Positions 60,441 through 64,000 of a stretch of 64,000 nucleotides of DNA are shown here, one piece after another. This stretch comes from Gammaproteobacteria bacterium (GTDB taxonomy: Bacteria > Pseudomonadota > Gammaproteobacteria > SZUA-229), in assembly GCA_030595325.1 (NCBI GenBank), contig JAUVDN010000002.1:705-64704 (forward strand), written 5' to 3'. Position 1 is the stretch's first letter, and each line of letters begins with the position of its first letter. Under the pieces are notes generated by a model. That model was not told the origin of the DNA. It did not search any database and saw only the letters and a program-made list of their open reading frames with translations. The position numbers and the translations under genes are program-made.

Positions 60441-61724
60441 ATGTTTTCCAAAGATACAAAGATTGACGGTTATGACGAAGCGTTATGGGCAGCGATGCAG
60501 CATGAATACCAGCGTCAGGAAGAACATATAGAACTAATCGCTTCTGAAAATTATGCCAGTCAACGTGTTATGCAGGCGCAGGGATCGGTATTAACCAACA
60601 AATATGCTGAAGGCTATCCAGCGCGTCGTTATTACGGCGGTTGTGAGAATGTCGATGTAGCAGAGCAGCTGGCAATTGATCGAGTGAAAGAATTATTTGG
60701 CGCGGGTTATGCCAACGTGCAACCGCATTCAGGTTCACAGGCAAATGCGGCGGTTTATATGGCGTTATGTAAGCCGGGTGATACTGTCTTAGGTATGTCA
60801 TTGGCGGATGGTGGTCACTTAACACATGGTTCGCATGTAAGTTTTTCTGGAAAAATATACAACGCAGTTCAGTACGGTTTGAACAATGAAACCGGCATTG
60901 TCGATTATGACGAGATTCAACGACTGGCTGATGAGCACAAACCCAAAATGATCGTGGCCGGCTTTTCTGCTTATTCGCGGATAATGGATTGGGATCGTTT
61001 TCGTACAATTGCTGATTCGTGCGGTGCTTATCTTTTTGTTGATATGGCGCACGTTGCCGGTTTGATTGCGGCAGGGTTATATCCAAACCCTGTTGGTGTT
61101 GCTGATGTGGTCACATCAACTACACATAAGACACTTCGTGGTCCACGCGGCGGTATCATCTTGGCGGGTGAAACTTCATTGATGAACAATAAAGATATTG
61201 CTAAAAAATTAAACTCAGCTATTTTCCCTGGCACACAGGGTGGTCCTTTAATGCATGTTATTGCGGCGAAGGCGGTATCGTTCAAAGAAGCACAAGAGCC
61301 AGCGTTTGCCGTGTACCAGAAGCAGGTCATCGTCAACGCTCAAGCAATGGCAAAGGTTGTTTTGGATAGAGGTTATAAAGTGGTTTCAGGTGGCACAGAT
61401 AATCACCTGTTTCTGTGGGATCTCACGACTAAGAGTTTAACCGGTAAAGTCGTTGAAGCGGAGCTGGGTAAAGCGCATATCACAGTGAATAAAAACGCGG
61501 TGCCAAATGACCCGCAATCACCGTTTGTGACCAGTGGTATCCGTGTTGGTACGCCGGCAATGACCACACGCGGATTTAACGAACAGGATGCAACAGATCT
61601 TGCTACCTGGATGTGCGACATCATCGATAGTATTGCCGATGATATAGCGGATACATCGATTGTCGACAGCGTTCGTGAAAAGGTGACGGCAATCTGTGCG
61701 CGTTTACCGGTCTACGAAAAGTAA
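60441..61724 (+). CDS. glyA: Serine hydroxymethyltransferase
   Basis: [15 protein letters not shown] and [12 protein letters not shown] (PLP lysine) motifs. Confidence 0.95.
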   Translation: MFSKDTKIDGYDEALWAAMQHEYQRQEEHIELIASENYASQRVMQAQGSVLTNKYAEGYPARRYYGGCENVDVAEQLAIDRVKELFGAGYANVQPHSGSQANAAVYMALCKPGDTVLGMSLADGGHLTHGSHVSFSGKIYNAVQYGLNNETGIVDYDEIQRLADEHKPKMIVAGFSAYSRIMDWDRFRTIADSCGAYLFVDMAHVAGLIAAGLYPNPVGVADVVTSTTHKTLRGPRGGIILAGETSLMNNKDIAKKLNSAIFPGTQGGPLMHVIAAKAVSFKEAQEPAFAVYQKQVIVNAQAMAKVVLDRGYKVVSGGTDNHLFLWDLTTKSLTGKVVEAELGKAHITVNKNAVPNDPQSPFVTSGIRVGTPAMTTRGFNEQDATDLATWMCDIIDSIADDIADTSIVDSVREKVTAICARLPVYEK

Positions 61725-61733
61725 TAATTTAAT

Positions 61734-62207
61734 ATGTATTGTCCATTCTGCTCAATGCCTGATACTCGCGTAATAGATTCGCGATTGTCCAGTGACGGTG
61801 ATCAGGTTCGCCGTCGCCGTGAGTGTGTTTCATGCAATGAGCGTTTTACCACGTACGAAAGTGCAGAGTTAAATATGCCTCGTATCGTGAAACAGGATGG
61901 CAGTCGTATGCCGTTTAAAGAAGAAAAGTTGGCTTCGGGTGTAATGCGCGCTTTGGAGAAACGCCCGGTAAGTACCGAACAGATCGATGATGCGCTTAAC
62001 CGGATAAAGCACCAGCTATTGGCGGCAGGTGAGCGCGAAATTAGCTCAGGCATAATAGGTAATTTGGTAATGGAAGAGTTGCTGGCACTGGATCAGGTTG
62101 CCTATATTCGTTTTGCCTCGGTTTATCTGGACTTTAGTGACGTCAATGCATTTCGTGATGCCATAGAAAAAATTGAGAAAACGAAAGCAAGTAAAAAGAG
62201 TCGTTAG
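61734..62207 (+). CDS. nrdR: Transcriptional repressor NrdR
   Basis: [17 protein letters not shown]...[17 protein letters not shown] Zn ribbon followed by an ATP-cone domain. Confidence 0.95.
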   Translation: MYCPFCSMPDTRVIDSRLSSDGDQVRRRRECVSCNERFTTYESAELNMPRIVKQDGSRMPFKEEKLASGVMRALEKRPVSTEQIDDALNRIKHQLLAAGEREISSGIIGNLVMEELLALDQVAYIRFASVYLDFSDVNAFRDAIEKIEKTKASKKSR

Positions 62208-62223
62208 CGGCTAATCGGCACCG

Positions 62224-63336
62224 ATGACAAAAGCGATGAATAATCACGTCGAATTTATGCAGTGTGCGATTAGGCTGGCTAAGAAAGGTTTATATAGCAC
62301 TGATCCAAACCCCTGTGTTGGTTGCGTTATCGTTAAGAACGGTGAAATTGTTGGCGAAGGCTGGCACCAGCAAGCCGGTGAAGGTCATGCCGAAGTTAAT
62401 GCGCTAAAGCAGGCCGGTAGTAATGCCGAAGGCGCGACGGTATATGTCACACTGGAGCCGTGTAGTCATACCGGAAAAACACCGCCGTGCGCAGATGCGC
62501 TAATAGCGGCTGGTGTAAAAAAAGTTTTTATAGCGATGATGGATCCTAACCCACTGGTTGCTGGCAGTGGCTTGAAAAAGCTACAGGATGCCCATATAGA
62601 AACCGACAGTGGATTGCTTGAAATTCAGGCGCGAGAATTAAATCCGGGTTTTGTGAAACGGATGGAATCTGGGCGACCTTACGTACGTGTTAAAATGGCA
62701 ATGAGCCTGGATGGCCGCACCGCGATGGCATCAGGTGAAAGTCAATGGATTAGCAGCGATGCCTCGCGACAAGATGTGCAGCGAATGCGAGCTCAAAGCT
62801 CAGCGATTTTGACCGGGATAGACACGGTACTGGCAGATGACCCGTCGATGAATGTTAGATTGACCGCTGAAGAGCTGGGTATTGAGTCAATTACTAAACT
62901 AGTCAGGCAGCCAAAACGTATCGTGCTTGATAGTCAGTTAAGGATGCCTGCTGCAGCAAAGATATTCTCAGTTGATGGTGACTGCATTGTATATACCACG
63001 GTAAATGTGGATAACAAAGATAGTCGCCCGTATACAATTGAAAGTATTGCATCAGCAGATGGACATGTGGATCTTCATGCGTTGATGAAGGATTTGGCAG
63101 ATAAAGAAATTAATCTGCTTCATGTGGAAGCAGGTTCGGTCTTATGTGGTGCTCTTTTAAAAAATGACCTCATTGATGAAATCATTATCTACATGGCGCC
63201 ACATATTATGGGTGATAATGCGAAAGGATTGTTCCACTTGCCCGGATTGGAAAAGATGAAGGATAGGGTTTCGCTTAACATCAAAGATGTGCGATCTATC
63301 GGTAAAGATCTTCGAATCTCTGCGCTTTTAGAGTAG
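62224..63336 (+). CDS. ribD: Bifunctional diaminohydroxyphosphoribosylaminopyrimidine deaminase / 5-amino-6-(5-phosphoribosylamino)uracil reductase
   Basis: Deaminase motifs HAEVNAL and PCSHTGKTPPC, then a reductase half. nrdR-ribD order. Confidence 0.92.
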   Translation: MTKAMNNHVEFMQCAIRLAKKGLYSTDPNPCVGCVIVKNGEIVGEGWHQQAGEGHAEVNALKQAGSNAEGATVYVTLEPCSHTGKTPPCADALIAAGVKKVFIAMMDPNPLVAGSGLKKLQDAHIETDSGLLEIQARELNPGFVKRMESGRPYVRVKMAMSLDGRTAMASGESQWISSDASRQDVQRMRAQSSAILTGIDTVLADDPSMNVRLTAEELGIESITKLVRQPKRIVLDSQLRMPAAAKIFSVDGDCIVYTTVNVDNKDSRPYTIESIASADGHVDLHALMKDLADKEINLLHVEAGSVLCGALLKNDLIDEIIIYMAPHIMGDNAKGLFHLPGLEKMKDRVSLNIKDVRSIGKDLRISALLE

Positions 63337-63376
63337 ATTAATTAAAGCAGATTAATTAAAGCGGATTAATTAGAGC
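63335..63376. repeat. 14-nt tandem repeat x3 (AGATTAATTAAAGC) starting within the ribD stop codon
   Basis: agattaattaaagc (63335-48), agattaattaaagc (63349-62), ggattaattagagc (63363-76). Confidence 0.9.
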
Positions 63377-63386
63377 AGTGTAAATA

Positions 63387-63433
63387 GAACAGAGCAAACA
63401 GAACAGAGCAAACAGAACAGAGAAAACAGAACG
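63387..63433. repeat. 14-nt tandem repeat, about 3.3 copies (GAACAGAGCAAACA)
   Basis: gaacagagcaaaca x2, gaacagagaaaaca, then gaacg. Immediately follows the previous array. Confidence 0.9.
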
Positions 63434-63482
63434 ATATGTGACTTGAAGCAAAAGTCACATTATTGAAATCAAGAGGTTATTA

Positions 63483-64000
63483 ATGTCTACGGTTGTTGTT
63501 GTAAAAAAATCTGGCAAGGTTTGTATCGCTGCAGATAGTCTAACTAGTTTTGGCGATTTAAAGTTGAGTTCTTCTTATGATGCTGCTCACGATAAAATTC
63601 TGTGTCATGATGAGAATCATCTTGGTATCGTCGGTAGTGCTGCGCATCAGCTGGTGATGGAAAGTGTTTTCTCCAGTAAGAAAATTATCGATAAAAAAGT
63701 TGAAATAGATTTTTCATCGCGTCTGTCTATCTTTGAAACCTTTAGAGCGTTACACCCTATACTGAAAGAAAAATATTTTTTGAATGCCAAAGATGAGGAT
63801 GATGATCCTTACGAGTCAACACAAATAGATGCGTTGATTGCGAACCCCTTTGGTATTTTTGGCGTGCACTCTTTACGAGAAGTCACCGAGTATAAAAAGT
63901 TCTGGGCTATCGGTTCCGGCACAGAGTATGCACTGGGTGCTATGTTTGCAGTTTATGATAAGGCTACGGCAAAAGAGATTGCACATGCAGGTGTTGCAGC
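63483..64000 (+). CDS. Proteasome-beta/HslV-like Ntn-hydrolase family protein, 3' end runs off the window
   Basis: Absent from the track because there is no stop in the window. Translation reads MSTVVVVKKSGKVCIAADSLTSFGDLKL...HLGIVGSAAHQLVMESVF...FWAIGSGTEYALGAMFAVYDKATAKEIAHAGVAA. The pattern T-x-V-x-V-x-x-x-G-x-V-x-IA-x-D ... AIGSG-x-x-YA-x-GA parallels HslV/T1 peptidases. Confidence 0.5.
   Translation, partial: MSTVVVVKKSGKVCIAADSLTSFGDLKLSSSYDAAHDKILCHDENHLGIVGSAAHQLVMESVFSSKKIIDKKVEIDFSSRLSIFETFRALHPILKEKYFLNAKDEDDDPYESTQIDALIANPFGIFGVHSLREVTEYKKFWAIGSGTEYALGAMFAVYDKATAKEIAHAGVA

Overview
This is a 64-kb chromosomal segment from an AT-rich gammaproteobacterium. Gene order resembles Pseudomonas/Oceanospirillales-type genomes: yffB-dapD-dapC, yciI-yciB/yciO, trpS-scpA-scpB-rluB, smc-zipA-ligA, cysM-rlmD, sppA-HAD-rluC/rne and glyA-nrdR-ribD. 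All calls rest on motifs read in the supplied translations and on remembered family features; no searches were run.

Most of the window is housekeeping. There is one tRNA-Leu(CAA), and I saw no rRNA, CRISPR array or intact IS element.

The non-core content is:
1. At the left edge, a serine recombinase gene absent from the ORF track because it runs off the window. It sits back-to-back with a four-gene cassette: a MoxR-type AAA+ ATPase, an HExxH-metallopeptidase/VWA protein, and two proteins I cannot assign. This is my best candidate for an undescribed system.
2. Four sensory modules:
   - a di-haem cytochrome c peroxidase translationally coupled to a GAF-PAS-GGDEF-EAL protein
   - a CHASE2 nucleotide cyclase followed by an HD-domain protein
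   - a TonB-dependent receptor, a periplasmic binding protein and a hybrid histidine kinase
   - a CHASE2 Ser/Thr kinase with a PP2C phosphatase and an FHA protein
3. At the nucleotide level:
   - inverted arrays of an NTGAATA heptamer at several loci
   - unrelated 12-15-nt AT-rich tandem arrays just after gene ends
   - a 506-bp non-coding scar after rlmD, where relA lies in E. coli and P. aeruginosa
   - an RNase E C-terminal half built from nested in-frame tandem repeats

A proteasome/HslV-like Ntn-hydrolase gene begins at the right edge.
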